A DNA stretch of 64,000 bases, from contig OZ281494.1 in assembly GCA_965637545.1 (NCBI GenBank), positions 21,452,001-21,516,000 on the forward strand. Direction: 5' to 3'. This DNA is from Phallusia mammillata. Taxonomy: Eukaryota. Position numbers and translations under genes: made by a program. The notes beneath the pieces were generated by a model. It saw only the letters and a list, made by a program, of their open reading frames with translations, was not told the origin of the DNA and searched no databases. Positions 12,801 through 28,471 of the stretch are shown piece after piece (position 1 is the first letter of the stretch; each line of letters begins with the position of its first letter).

Positions 12801-15800
12801 GCCCTTTAAATATTCCTGTCCAGCACCAAAACCTGTCAAGAGATTTTAATACTTGATGGTGACGGACATAGGAATGCTCCCCATGCAAACACAGGGTTAA
12901 CACAACGCAAAAACTCACCGAGGTATGCTCATCCGGTGACATAGTTTTTGCGCTTGTTTGCTCGCAGTGCTATAATTTGGAATTTATGGCGGATATCCGT
13001 ACCCTGCTGGTTTTACGCCTCACGACTCGCGTGCATTGCAACTTAATTACAATTCATTGACTGGTTATCGGCGAGCTACGATACCGAGTAATATCCTGTC
13101 GCGACCTTTTGAACCGTATCGTGTGGGCATTCAGACAATATGCGCCGATCGGCGCTTTGTCAGTTGGACGTGATTGTTTTTGCAATTGCGATGATGATTG
13201 TGTCTGGTCACAGATTAAAGTCATTCGCGAATCGCGATCAAATTACAATCGCAACGCTCTGCTGAACGCTGCTTGTCGATTGTCCCCAACCCCGTTTGTC
13301 GACCGAAATTGTAATAGGAAATCTTTGGGGTTGGTCGATTAAATGATTTACAGATGATACACATTTAATTCTCCGAGGTATTTGTGCAATTTATTTGTGA
13401 TCATTGATCTTGCAAACGGTCATCAAGCTTTTTTCCACTTACATAACAGCCTATACCTATGACACGACTAAAAACGACGTTTTCTGGTGTTTAGTTACGA
13501 CGTGTAGTTGGTTTGTAAATAGGAATAGCGCAACGCCCTTTCGACAAGTTTTTTTGTTGCAATGTTGCTTTTATGTGCAATTGTTTTGCAACTGATAAAC
13601 TGATTAAAGTTATACTTTAATAAAGCCCTGAAGTTTAAATAAAAAATATTTTTGTTTACAAAAAAATTACTATAATGAATGGTGGCGATAGTAAAATGAA
13701 AAGCTGAAGTAATGGTCAATGGCGACTGGTATTTGAAACTAAAAAAAGGTGGACTCACACAAAACGTCGAGAATTTATAATGTAAGTAGTTCTTGACACT
13801 AAATTCGGTTTGAAAAAATTGGCGCAAAGGCCCCTAAACGCGTCCCAATGCAGTTCCAATATTCAATTAACACCTACTTACGAGCAGAGGAGTGCTGCGA
13901 GTGGTCTTGTCAAGGGACTCTTGTAATAGTATTACTCTGTCTGCGGTCGAACGCAGGCATATGTTCATGTCGTGACTTCTTGGACGCCCCTTCTCAAATC
14001 AGCTTATGACGTTGATAGTGGTGACAACCAAAGTATGTTACCATAGCACAGAAACATGGAATTACATATTTACATTTAAAATGTGGGCTTCGACCAAAGT
14101 TTAGGATTCTGGAAAAAACTCCCAGCCATGTTCGTTGCTTGTATGGAAGTAAATTTTGTAGCATGTCACTACCTTGCCTTGCCTGCGTATGGCAACCCAC
14201 ACATCTTTTTGGAAAGGTTCTTTTTGGAAGAGATTCAATTATGTGTTTACGCACAAAATCCCAACGGACAACATCAGTTTAATTGTTTATGGGTAATTAA
14301 CTTCTGCATGTGTGAATGTCAATTAACAAGCCATTTCACGCAAAGGCGATTTGACAGGAAATGAACCCACTTTGACATTTGGGATTAAAACAATGCAAGT
14401 ATTTAGAGCACATAAATGTTCGTTCGAGATTATTATGTCAAGATAAACGGGATAACAATAAAGTAATTAGTCAATGTCGGACAGGATTTGTCAAATGACC
14501 TCTGTTTTTAATACCGTTAAAAAAACTCGTAAACAACGTTATACCGATTTTGTAACAAGCTTAGTTTTCATCAAGACAAAAAGAATGCGAGACTTTGACC
14601 TTATCACGACCCGAAGTAAGGCATTCTGTTAAGTTGAGTACTACCAATAACACCCCTTTTCAAAGAAAATTCTGATTTGAAACTTGTAGGTAATGTTCTA
14701 CTTAACAATCATTTGTAACCTATTACGTAATATTTTTAATTAATTAGCAAAATTTTCAAAATACCACTAAAATATTTTTAACTTTTATTTGGAGGAATCT
14801 TGTATGTTATAGACCTAATAAAAGTCAAAACCGAAACTGGTTTATGTGAAAACTAACGTCATTGGCTAGAACGCGTGCAAGTCAGCAGTATGTAACTCCG
14901 GTTGATGAACTTGGTGAGGAATTCATGACGATAACATGTATCTGATTCGACATGGGCTCAACACCAAACAACATTTGCCTTCTGTCAAACACGAGCTAAG
15001 ATCTTCCGATGTTTCAGATCAAGTATTCGTGTAACTCGTCGTGTCTGTTCAGACCCACGGGGCGCGTATTAATAGAAATATCGACGTTGACACGATGTCG
15101 TACTGCTATGTCGTGTCGAACAGACGACAAACGACAAATTTACCTGCTCTATCACTGCGGCAAAGATTTTCAGTGGCCAGGTGTGTTCTTATCTTTGCAA
15201 ACAATAACCATTATCGACATATCGTATTGCAAATTTTAAAAATGTCAATCAAAATATCGATACAAATAATCTAATAGGCTGGACTAACTGTCGGGCCGCG
15301 TCACAATTCGGACTTTTTAATTGCTGAAGTTGGACCTTTAGCACCGAAAGACCCATGTTATTTTAACAACCCACTGCCCTTACGTGTTTTTTATCTGTTT
15401 CTTGAATTTGCCTTGGCTTTAAGTTTCCATTTTACCCACCAGTTGCCAAATCTAAATTATGGTTACAGACAAGGTACAAATTCAAGTTTGATAGGCGTAA
15501 ATAATTTTGTTGTAAAAATTTTGTTGATAAATTGGATTCCAAGTGTGAAACTATAAGCGACGAGAAAATTGTAGGCAGCTCTAACGCGCCGTAACCGGCT
15601 ATTGAGTGATGTTTCTCGGATTTTAAAAAGCATTGAGCATTAATGAGGCGGGCGCTAGCGTTTCACACCCAACAGCACAGAGCATCACTCACTTCAATCG
15701 CAGAATGTTGATGTTCTATAACTCATGCGTCCCGAGCGGTTTCCCGCAACAGTTTTCGAAACTTTTCCCTACTCGTGACCCGGCCAACTGTTCCGTGGGG

Positions 15801-18800
15801 AATTTTGCCAAGCAAGGTATCAACATGATGTTTGCTTCAGTCCAACTGAAAGCTGTCAGAAGTGACCCATGTGGTTTCAAGCGTGCGCATCACTTCCTTT
15901 AAGAAATGTAATAGTTACTCTATGAGCTACAGGGATGTCTGCTTGGCCATTCCACATCTGATTTTTGCTGATGAATCAAACAAAAAACGACTGTGATGTG
16001 AATATCGCTACAATAAGTCATTACAGGTCATGTTTGCAAAATATTTTTGGCAACCCTTTTTAATTATGGCATAGTTTACAATGCAGTTGTAAACGTGTAA
16101 CTGACATAAATTATTCTTTTTTGATAAAAACAGCAAAATGTCCCCTTTAAAATCATTTGAGCCTGTATATTTGATAGCATTTTTTGGCACTTGAAATAAC
16201 GTTTAGAACGAGAAAAACGGGTTAAAAATAAATAAATTTACCATTGCGTGACGCAATAGACTACTTTGTGCCCAATGTTACATTAATTTGGCCCCAGAAG
16301 CATTGTGGATCATTGTTTCTTACTTAATTTATTTCTCAATCACGCGAAGCATAAATTTAATGACTTTTGCGTGTGGGATGACGTCTCCGGCGTAATTGAT
16401 CCGGGTTAAAAGCCTCAATTTAAGGAATAAGCAAGTGACATCGATCAAGCAATGGGGACTTATGTTCCAGAAACTTGTCTTGCGCACAAACGCGACATTT
16501 TCGACGACGCCCTTTTCAGTCTCGCTTACCACCGACGTCAATAGGTAGATGTACTCTGCAAATTACTCTATCGACAGACAGTCAATCATGTGTGCCATCC
16601 TATTAAATGGCTAACCCTCCCTGAAAAACATCAACTTCAAATTTGTTGAAAAAAATTAACAAAAATTCCCAAAATAAAAACGGTACATATAAATGTACCA
16701 GAATTGGAAATCGCAAATTTTCTTTTTGGCATTATAACAGTAATTTAATGGTCTGTGCTTGTTTTGTATTACGCTGTCTTTTATGCCAACAGGATGCGTT
16801 TAAAACAGCAGTCAAATCGTAAAATGACTTATATTATAAGATGCATAATGAACCGCTATCATGTCTTTGCAGCAATGTTGTGGCGACAAAAAAATCTTAA
16901 CACTTAGAGTCAGTTCATAGTAACTTGAGTGCTCATTAATTAATTATGCGTTATCTCGAAAAGCAGAGCGTAAGGTAACGACAAAACCATGTAGAGTCAG
17001 GCTTAAAGGTGTCAGCAATTTTCTTTTTCCCTCCTCTTGCAATTTGAATTTGCATTTGCTGCAGAAGCGTGACGTGTACAAAGCACCTTTTCTGCATCGG
17101 CTGACGTCATCAACGAAGCCATTAACTATAAGCATAGTTAGTTGTTTGGCAATGTAAGAGGTCGATTTTTTAGCTAATGTCCCTCGGGTTGGAGGCAGTC
17201 TAATTCGTTAGTCGATAAACGGGTTTCATCTTGTTATAGACCCTTGCACCAACTGTTGTTATAACGCCCGAGCTGGCCAATATAACGATTTTGATGATGG
17301 AAAAGCCGTGTTCCTGTCCCTGTTCAATTTTCGTTGACTTTTGCTTCCACCATTTTAATCACTGGGCGATAGCTGAAGCTTGCATTTTACACGACACATA
17401 CTTTAACGTACACCGTACGTGTACTTCATTTTGGCGAGGGAAAACCTTTTTGTGGGAGCCTTAATCCACCCTATCATGCTTCCAGGCTGTGGGCTTTTTC
17501 GACACAAACATTTAACGAAAAGCTTCAAAATGCATTTAACTTGTGTTGTTTGTTCACGTGGTAATTTGAAGAGGCGGATATAGCGATAGTAAATGTGTGC
17601 TTTGCCGATTAGCGCGACTACAAAATTGGTGAATAAAATTGAAGCATGAATCGGCCTGTGTTTTATGTTAGAGTCACCGCAATTATAACAAATCCTTTCT
17701 TACCTCGTTGGTCGTATCGAAACAATTAAAGTTATGTACAACACAAAAGCAAAATTTTAATCAGTAAAATCAATCATGGGGGTTGTTTGCTGTATTTCGT
17801 TGCTTGACCTATGTGTAAACGTTCCAAACGTTCACTACGACAAAAACATAGGACATTTACATGTAAAGTGATTCTACAAACTTAAAAACCTCGGATAACA
17901 GGTAATTTCAGTTAGACTGCCAAAATCGTTTCATCGATCTCGCTTTGTTACGCGATAAGCAGAACAAACGCTTTAGTCAATTATGAAAACTGTGAGGGAC
18001 GAAGTTATATATAAAAGGTGTATTAAGATCCTTTTCTTGGCCAATTATTAATCAGTCACATTTGTCAATACGCCAATTTGCAACTGTTCTGTCACTTAAA
18101 AAAGTTGTAACAAATCTGCAAGGCGTTTAGTCCAGCCTAGTTTTCTCCTTGTTTCATTCAGTACAGCATGTCTACATTTGTGTTTACTATGTGCCAAAAA
18201 GCATCCCGTTTGTCAGAAGTAAGATAGCAAAATCTTTAGCGGAGGTGCACTCAACGGGCGTGTTGTTGCGAACCCCGGCGCCATATTACCAAACTCCAAG
18301 TAAGTAGGATTAAGCTATAAAAATACTTTTGTGCATTATTATTCAATATTGAAATCAATGACACAAGTGAAAGATTGAAATACCTTGGGTTTAAAACAGC
18401 TTTCTTGATGTTATATCTAAGTTTAAGCGTATGAAACCCAGGTATTTTGCCTGTTTTTGATGTAAAAGCAACGTTTTTGTTTTTTAAATGTCACTGTTTT
18501 TGAGTTTTAACGTGCGCAAACACAAAGCGGTTATGACAGCAACTTCAAGTGTAAAAAATATTTATTGGCAACCCACAGCGATCTCACAGCATTTGGCCAA
18601 CTCGTGTGTCCTATGTCACTTACAGGGTGCTTCCAACCATTTGTTCACAAACTTCAAACGGGAATAATTTTATTAAATCTTACGCACTAACGAGCCTTAC
18701 ATTTTTTAAAAAAGGAGTAACATTATTTTTCGCACCTTCTTTTGAGGCGAAGAATTTTGTTTTTGAAAAGCGTCTTTTTAATAGAGGTTAGGTTTTATGA

Positions 18801-21800
18801 AGCCTACAAGTTATTCCAAAACACTCAACTGTAAACGATACATTGTTGCTTACAGTTACAACTTTCAAACAAAATGGCTCCTGCCTCCATTGTTTCACCA
18901 GGCAAACAGACGCTGGGATGGGCAAAGGTTAACCAAATAACGACACAAGCAACTCAGTAAATGTTTTGTCAGAAGTTTCGAAGTGTTTTGTTTTTTAGTG
19001 AGATGTATGTGTACAGTCATAGTACAAGTATAGTGCGAAATTCAAGCTTTAATGATTAATCTAAATTTTAAAACACAATAAAATCCTAAAATTGCATGGG
19101 AACATTATGATATCACATAACTACATGCATAGATTATGCATGAGAAATAAATGTCTTGCGAGTATGCACGAAATTGGTCCGTTCTAGTTTTGCTACTTCT
19201 TTAACGAAACATGTGAAAAGCAACTGCCGCTCTGTTGTGACTTGATGTTTGATTAAAGTTACATTAATATTTAATACAAAGTGTTTTTTATCAAATTTCA
19301 CTTGGACTACAAATAATAGTGAATCCGATATTATACCCCATATAACACAAAAGCGATGTGAAACTTTACGGGCAAAAGTCAGATTTTCATGTTTTAATTA
19401 TTAATGAAATGAAATAGGTTAATTATTTTTCTCGTTACGTGATACAGCAACAGTTGCAATTTATGTTTCACACAGCTATCTCAACATTACCTCACTTACA
19501 AAACCTAAACACATTAACACAATTAAATCTGTCGTAACTTTAGCACTTATAATCAAAACAGTGACATAGTTTGCGAGATGACAAAGCGTTACTTTCCCAG
19601 GGGGTCAAGTTCGCAAGCGCCCAGAGAGACTCGTCGTGTCTGCGGGAACACAAACATTCACCATTGTTGCCATCTTGTCTGCAGCCCATCGCTGTAACCC
19701 AATCGCCTGTAATGGCTGTTGAAAAGAAAACCGTTATTTTGCATTCAGCAGGACACTTTAGCAGCATAAAAATCTATTGATTTAGGCCCGCACCTGCCTC
19801 TTGACTGCAGGCTTCCTCTTATAGGCTGGGAACTTTACGGGTGGTCAACTTCGTTTATTACCAAAGCGTTAGCGGCAATTAAACGGTATTTAGGGGAAAT
19901 GTGCACAGCAGCAGCAGTATATTGTTTATCCTTCAAGCACTACTACCCAGTTACCTGTTTCATGTTTTCGTGTGCTCCCGATACTTTAATTGTTATTGTA
20001 ATACATGACGCTTTGGACATCAACTTATTGACATTGACGCATATGCCGAGAAAAGTTCAGCAACTCATTCAGGGTGGTGAATCATATTGAGAGTACGCTG
20101 TCTTATCAAATGGTGTCAAACCTGAAATGACACGTTGTAGCTGTCTTAATAAACTGCTTCCTTAATTGGCCCATGGGTACAGCCTTGTTTGCAAGGACAC
20201 GTCCGGCCAAGCGTTTGTTCTCCTTTTAGCCCCTGCGGACGTAAGCGCAAGGCATCCTAATTGAGTGATGACCAACTGTTTAATGCGCAGCGCCTTCTCG
20301 CCAGTAGACCAGCTTAATTGATGCTTCTTGTAATAGCCCAGATGACACATTGCCCTGGTGTAAATACCCATTTTTTATTGGTTGCCGCTTAATCGTGCCC
20401 CTCAATACTACATTTACCTGTTAACAATAGATTGATAACACATCGTGTTGATTAGTGTTGTTGATTGATAGATGCTTCTGGTTTCGGAATTTTTACTCGT
20501 TAAGGTCTGCCTGACGTGCGGATGCTAGTCGCATTACGGTTGGGACAAACCAAAATGGTCCTAAACAAACGCTCGCAGTTTCTTAATGACTGGTGTTAAA
20601 AATAACAAGACAACAAGTTTTTTTTGCAAACAAAACAATCTACTAATACTAACTTCAAAAATAACCATATAGGCCTACCAATATTTAAATCTTGAAATCT
20701 TCTTTGTATGTACTGCTGTCGGTATAGTTATTGTATGTGTGGTATTTAATGCCTGAACATGACATGGGGGGAAACGATTGCCTACGTCGCAACTTAACTC
20801 TGCAACAATATCTGTAATTTGCTTAGCGTTGCTCTAAATTGGTGTTTAGCAAATATGCTTATTTGCTACCGCATTATCTTAACTTTAAGCCATTCGGAAA
20901 CGCTGGTTCATCTCGCCTATTCCTCTACATAAGAAAAAACTAATTTATCGCTTTAAACTTCCTGATTTAGTATGTTGTTAGTTCACCACGTCATACAAAC
21001 CTTTTTTGTTGCAGTTGGTTGGCAGAGTCTTCTCGTATTTGTTTTGAGTTCAAACATCGTCTAGCGATAAATCAGTAGGTAAAGTTTGGGGTGATTAAAA
21101 CCGACGGAGAAAAATTAGGGAAGAAACATCTAAGACAGATTTTAGTTGTGCCGTTAGGTTAATTGTGGTAGCATGGGTGGGTTGTTCGGGGCGTCCGGTG
21201 GATGCTGTGGCTGGGTGGAATCGCCTTGTAAATTGTGCAACGATCAATGTCGTACAAAGACTTAATTTAATTACGGCAGTCATCCATGCTAGCGGCAAAA
21301 CCCAAATGAAGCTTTCGCTCCCGGACTCGATATTAACAGACAGGTCGCATCCAGTCACCTGTAACGGGCAATGTGCACGCCCGATGGGTTTCTGGCTCTG
21401 TCCGACACTCTTAAGGCAGTAATCTAATAACTTCGTCAAACAATCAAACAGAGTTGATAATTCACAGACAGCTTCTTAACTGGGCGTCGCATGCAGTGAA
21501 GCGTCCCTGTAGTAAACATACCCAAATCCGCGCCAGTGTGAGCAAGTCGGCGACCCGGGACTAATTTCGAGCGCAAACAAATGCCTTTAACAGTCAGAAT
21601 CGAATGTGATCGCGCTTGCCAGGAGAACATCAAAGCAAATGGCTGTCTCCCACACAGGTTTCGCACCTCGGTCCTGGGCAGAATAATGTAAACGACACCA
21701 TCTTGGGCTTGTTGCGCGCATACCGTACCTCCGTCCGCCTGTTGTTCACCGCGTTGCCTGTCAGCAACACTGTTTACCCTTAGCGCTTACTCAAGGCCTC

Positions 21801-24800
21801 GTTTCAAGTCACACACCTGCGGTGCAAAATGTGAGAGCATTTACTTGCTGGCACGCATTGATTTAGTGTTGCGCAGCTCACTACTTAAACGGAAACAAAT
21901 CAAACAAGCGCTACATGCTTCCCACCAGAACTTCGGAGCTTGTAAAGAACCGCGCACACAATCCATCACCGGCTTGAACCTGCGCGTGTTATTCGCCCAC
22001 ACTACTCATTAGCGCTCAAGGAAACCAAACGAATTTGTTGGTCGGCGTTACTTGCTGCCGATTTTAGCCCATTTTGCTTGTAAAGCAAGTTGGGTGGCAA
22101 ATTTTGGCAGACCATTAGCACGTGTTGATGAATGGCGTTCAAACACTTTTGTCGACATGTTCTCAACGGGATCCTGCCTGGCGAATCATATACATCTAAT
22201 AAAATCGTCTATTTTGTGTGTTTTGTAAAGTTTGTCTATTTTCTTGCACAATTTTAACAGCCCTGTTACTTTATTTTGTTAAAAATGGATCGGATATTTG
22301 TAGTATTCTAAATAGTTCAACTGACCGAAATGTTTTGATTGTAATTAGGTGGCTACCGCCAGTTTAATTTCGGTAACATCCTAATGGTTTTCAATCTTCA
22401 TCGAGACCAAAAATGTTTTCATAAATTTTGTAAACGTAGGTAACGCATTTCACTTTATAGATCCATATTATCGACGCAGCTGTCGCAAGTAATTTAGCTG
22501 GAAAACGTCATTGCGGTACGTTGCCTCAGATCCACAACTACTAACCATCACTTGTGAAAACAGCAAATGAGAGATGTCACTGCCCCAACATTGTGCGGAA
22601 AGAGAATGGAAAAGCGGTTTATCATGAGATATTGACACTTAACTGCCAACTTTCACAGATCTAACGCGCCCGCTCGGTGAAAAGAAATCAAATCAGCAAC
22701 ACAGCAAGAAGCATAGGCACATTCTGATAAATCATTTTAATAAAAGACGATTTTAATTTAAAGGAAAGTTGCAATATGGCGCCATGTCAGCACTGACAGT
22801 CGGGGTCCAACTTAAGTCGGTAGATAAGAGGATGCTTTGTCATTCCCGCCAGTGTCGCACCAGCTTTTGTTTTGAATCGCAGGCGATAGTGTCAGCAAAG
22901 TCATGTTTGATCTTTTGTTTGTCGGCATATCGAAACCGACAATCGTCTTGGCATAAAATATCGCACAGCTCACTGCGGTAATGGGCGCATGGGAAACGCG
23001 ACGGGACACTGTGCAGACCTGTGATGCGACACGCCACAAAAACACCAGCAAAAATGTTCCAATAAACAAGCTCATAACGCGTTATGAATCATACCGTTAG
23101 AATGAAAAGACAGCAAGGGGCTTTTGTCCGCAGTTGCTTTAACGATTGTGATGCCCCTTGCCTTGTACTTGTCACTATCGTATGTGAAAAAGTGCAAAGA
23201 TAATTTTAGTGTCCTCTACTTGTTGCAAAAACGTATTGACTTCCTGCGTGCATCGTCAAAGTACTTGAGTTGTGACAGACGAACCAGGGACGGGGTTGTT
23301 GCGATAACAAAGCCCCTGTAACACGCGAGGCACTCCTTTGATTGACCACTAACAGTGATAAATGATATGCTTCGTCATTGCAAGTCTTCAAAGCTTGCGT
23401 ACCAAGCTACGCACATCAATCCATGTTGTATATTTTATCACCAGTGATATGTGGTTTGCAAAAGAAGGAGTGAAGCTGTCTACAAACACATGTTTTAGAT
23501 GTTGCTACATCACCACTGCGCGCCTGTTTTTTGACGGATCATAACAGGTTGCTGATACCGGGCGATTTAATGGCCCCCGTGAAGAAAACAGTCATTAGTT
23601 TTTCACAAGCCCCATTTGCGTAGTTATTGCTGATAGTTTGCATTGTAAAATCAATCATGCTGCGACAAAAAAGTTTACCGTTAAAAAGCGCTGTCAATAT
23701 TGACTTCCGATCGTGAGCGATGCATAATTAAAAGGAATAAATTTACTTGTTCGTCTCAATAATCGAGGTCAGGTCAGATCGTGCTGGGCCTTATCTTTAC
23801 TGCTTGATTATTCCTAGTCAGGAATGAATTGGAATAAATTGTTTGGTTCGTTGTCTATCGATTTCCTGAGATTGAAATTGATATGTGACCAACAACAATG
23901 ACGTCGTTTTCAGACTCACTTATTACGCAGTCCAACTAGCATTCTAACTCTTAATCAGGAAAGACTAGGTAGGCATTAGGTAAATTTTATGTGTGCAGCC
24001 TGGCTTACAGACTGCGCAATATGTGACAGTTCATCATTAGAAACAGTCTATCTACGATGGAATACAAACAAGTAAGATATTTGTGTTTTATACACAACGT
24101 TGTAGTCAGCAAAAGAATTTATTATTTATGTACTGCAGTGTCAAGCGACAGAGCCTCAGATACTTTCTCTGCTGTGGGAACAAATAGTTCCGTGGCGAAC
24201 ACAAAAGACCGCCGAACATGTAATATCGCCCGGTACAAGATCGAGACAAAGAGATTCGGGGAGTAGATAGATGCGATTTCATTGTCTTAATCGTGTAGAG
24301 CATGTTTTTGCCCCCATTCAAGCGTGTGTTAATGGAGAATCAGGTTTCAGTCGTATTACACGATGCCACAAGTCGATTGAATGAACAGAGAAACAAACTG
24401 ATCGCGTCGTGCTTTGGGCTACAACAAGATCTTTCATTGATCTTATGGACCGTTGAGGGGGTAATACATCCCGACATGTATCTACTTTCTTTGTGCTTTT
24501 CAGTGAAAACAACGTCACCGGTTGCTGAAGTCTGACGCCCATTTGCCGCAGTCACAAAAGCGGAGAATTGGCTTAATGACGATGGTCGTGTTCCGTGTAA
24601 ACTGGGAGAACACTTAAACGTACTCTGGGTATGTCCGAACAGAACGAATGCCTGTAACTTGCCGCCACGCAAACACATGTACAATGACCTAATTGTAACG
24701 GATAGTACCCAGATGCCGCAACTAAGCGTCGTACATAAAAATTGTTCATTTACTTGGCAAGTAATTCAACCGTTTGTATGTAAAAGGCGGCGCACGCTGT

Positions 24801-27800
24801 GATACGTGTAGAATCCGTTTGTAAATGAAAACTCACAAAACAACGTAAAACATGTATGTCTTAACTGAAATACCAGCAATAAAATATATTTACTTGCAAC
24901 GTTCAGTAAAAAAAATACTTTAACTACACTTGGCAATGAATGACATTTCATTTGAAACGCAATATTTTGTCAAATTGAAGATATTCTTATAACCTGCGTA
25001 AACTAAGCATTGCCCCCAGCCATTAGGAACCGAGATAAATAAGTTATTTTTTGCGGCATATTGAAAAACGTTTTGTGCTGAAAGCGATAAAGATTTTCGT
25101 TCCATTAAAATATTAGATAGTGTAAAGAAATATCTTTGGTGCCCGTTTTTCTACCAAGAACAACTCAACAGCAGTGACCCAAGTGTCACGGTTTTAAAAC
25201 CTGCCAAATCTCGTGTAACTACAAAATTTGCTTCGCGTGAAATTATCCTTACAACTGATTATACAAGACAAATCATTGTTTATCTCGGAACAAGTTGTTT
25301 TTAAGCAAGCGAACAAAGCGTCAGAGGCATGGCAATAGTATTGAGTAGCTTGTAAAGAAGCTCCCCTACGTTTGTAACCTGAGTCGATGACAACAGACCG
25401 GCCTTACCCTAAACTCTGTTTCCGTCATGTTTACATCACATAACAATATTTTTTCATGAAATGATATTGTTTTTTATGCCCCCATCGCTCACCTACGGTG
25501 TTGCGAAGGCACTTTTAATTGTCGTTCTTGTGAATTTTGGTCCAGTGTGCTTTGCCGTCCTCATATGGGCACTTGTAACAGTATAGGCCTAAGACGAAAG
25601 CAAATAAGTATGCTAATAAATAAAACAAGACAATTTAAAGTTCCCATGCGGTACCCCAAATTCTCTTGAAACTTTCTTGAAAATCACACAAACGAATTGT
25701 TAAGTTCGTTTGAAGTCGACATACAGGAAACTGATTTGCCTGATCTCTGATGTGGCCCATTTACTTGCGAAAATTAAAAAAAAAGTTGGCAGCTGAAAAG
25801 TTCTTGCATGTTCACGTGCAGGATAAATTCCCGTTCAATCTTGATTGAACTGTCTGCCGACTTGTGGACGATTCGCCAACTGCCATTGCTAAAACAACAA
25901 CGTGGGTCTGCGCATCCTACACCAGTTTATCCTTGTTACATCATGTTGATAGGAAATAATTAAACATGCGAGAAATTTTGAATTACCCACTATAGTGCTA
26001 TAGCACGCTTAGTTTTCTTGAGACATCAAATCGTTTTTTTTGTAATATTTTTTGCGTTGTACTGCTTCGTTAATATCACTTTAAAATCTCCATTTATTGC
26101 GAGATTTCGAGCATCCACACACACAAACGTGATGTAAGAGAATTATGTTTGGCATGTATATAAATCCAAGGATCGCACAAAATGTCAATAATGTTTCAAA
26201 CACAATTTATTTCACACGTATTGGACTAATTCGCGCCACAGGAACCGCCTGTCTGGATATAGACAAACATTGCTCATTTTAGCGAAACCAATTAGTCGAA
26301 AGTCAGTTTGGCGTGAAGCAGGCTAAAGGCGAGATTTCTGACGACAGACGCGTGCTTCTATTTATAAATCTTCCGACTCCATCAGTCATACAAAGATTTT
26401 CTACCCCCTTGTTTTTTTACGACAGCCTTGATTTTTTTGCGGTGAAGGTAACGGTAGTCGGGCTGGACTAAATGGTGCGGATCAGGGCAAGTGTTGGATT
26501 ACCGTTTTCGGTCACTGGTAAAACAAGCTATTGAGGAATTCGGCGTGTTTTAGTGCGTTCCACGCTGCTAAATGCCCTAATGAATTATTTTAACAACGCA
26601 AAAAAGCGACAGATAGGAGGTAAGACGTTCATGAGCGCACTTATAGATTGGTGCAGGTTGTTACCACCAAGGTAGAATACAGTCTCGTATGTCACTTGGC
26701 AAGTCGCACGCCAACAAATCTTGCTAACAGCGCAACTGCGCCACCCTCCGACTATTAGGACAAATGGTTGAAACGCTACTAACGTCACAGCTCGATTACG
26801 TGTGCTTGAGAATATACATTCTTAATAGCTGGTTTTGTCGCTTGCAAAGAACTGACGGTTTCTTTTGGATGTAGCGTGGTAACAAAAACAAATGCAGACA
26901 ATGTGTTGATGATTCACACCGTAGTAAGGAGTCAAGCAACTTAAATTGATTCGGCTCTGGCGGTTTCCCACCGAATTGGCGACGTCTAACGCAGGTGTAT
27001 CGTCTGATCTTACAGTCGCGCCGCGTAGTATTTGTGTAAGCGGAAACATTCGAAGCAAAGCGAAACCAAATCGCCGCAGCAGATTCGCCTAATTGAGATT
27101 GACAACTCACAAAGTCGCTAAACTTTGCCCAAGCACAATTCATAGCGTAACCACAAACAAATGAATGAGTTTAAGCGTAAACAGGCTGGATGGCAATGTG
27201 GATATTGTTCAATTTTCGTGTTGTTTGTGCGCGTTTGATTTATTGCCAAGACATGAGCGTCGAAATGAAGTTTTCCTCTATTCTTGATACGTGCAGTGTA
27301 AGTGAACAATGTTTATGTTTTCAATACACTCATTCGCATGCTTCCGACTGCACTTGTGGCGGTAACAGCACGTCGTTAAACATTGTTTCTTTGCAAAATC
27401 GCCTTGTAAATAGCTAACATTGGGTAATTAAGTCTCTCTGTTTGTCGGCCACACCTATCAGACTGCCAATAATTTACAAATGTTTCTAAAATGTTGAAGA
27501 TATAGTTAAATAAAGCTTAAATATATCTCTAATAACGTATACTCGACATTGGCATCAAGTGCAACCTTTCACTGTGATCAAAACTGTAAGAAAATGCCCA
27601 AAACGCACAAAGCCGAGTTCAATATTGTTGAATGTAAGAACGTTGTGTTACTGGCGACATGCAGAAAGAGAACACGACAGAGAACATGTGTTGCGCCGTA
27701 ATTTCCGGTAATGTTTTGGCGCCCATGATGTGTTGCGACAATCATATATTTGAACCGGCTCGAGCGGCGGCACAAGTGTTACTGAAACAAACTGTCGAAG

Positions 27801-27930
27801 CTGTTAAGAGGCAGTGAAGCTGGAAAAGTTCCTGGTCGTATAAAGAGCACCGCTGCAGCACGTTATTTGCATTTTTTTAACTCTACTGTGCACCAGAAAA
27901 CAACATTAGCATCTGGTGTGTTTTGAAGAT

Positions 27931-27966
27931 GGGCGGTATATAGAGAGCGGCGCGGTGTCGATCAGT
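27931..27966 (+). promoter_or_regulatory. Candidate core promoter of Irx-2 (GC box, TATA-like, Inr)
   Basis: GGGCGG at 27931, TATATAG at 27937, and TCAGT at 27962 with its A 27 nt after the TATA start, ~500 nt upstream of ATG 28472. An alternative TATAAAG lies at 27839. Confidence 0.3.
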
Positions 27967-28471
27967 AAAAGTAAAACAGAAGTCGATAACATCGTCGTGA
28001 TAGTTTGGCAAAAAACGCCAATAAGTTTTTTTCGCCAGCAACGGTAGAGTTTACAAATTAGGTTATGCCTAATGCTATATGCTGTGCGCTGTGTGGGCTA
28101 TTTAGTAAATTGACATAGGGTTACTTCAAAGTCTTTTCATTGAAACAATTGTGGGTTAAGGATAGTTTTATGCAGATACAATAAACAAAGGCAACTTTGT
28201 TCTAGCTTACGTGAAGCTGTTATTTACGCAAACTAACGTATAAATCTTAATATTATAAAAGTAATTCTAGCAAGCGATGTGGTGTGTTTGATAAACTGTA
28301 GTGGTTAGGTGTAAAATGGCGCGTATGAAAGTTTGCACTTGGTTGTTGAGATTCCATTAGTAAAACAATATGCATAACGTGTGATGAATGGTTGTCACTT
28401 TTGTTCAGAATACTGTATTTAGGGGTAGATAATTGCAACAAATGTCCACGCTCTTTGGATATTGAAGTAAA

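Noticed and set aside
7000-28400. Numerous 60-115 aa ORFs listed in the desert
   Set aside because: No domains, no consistent splice chain and mostly non-ATG starts; expected by chance in non-coding DNA.
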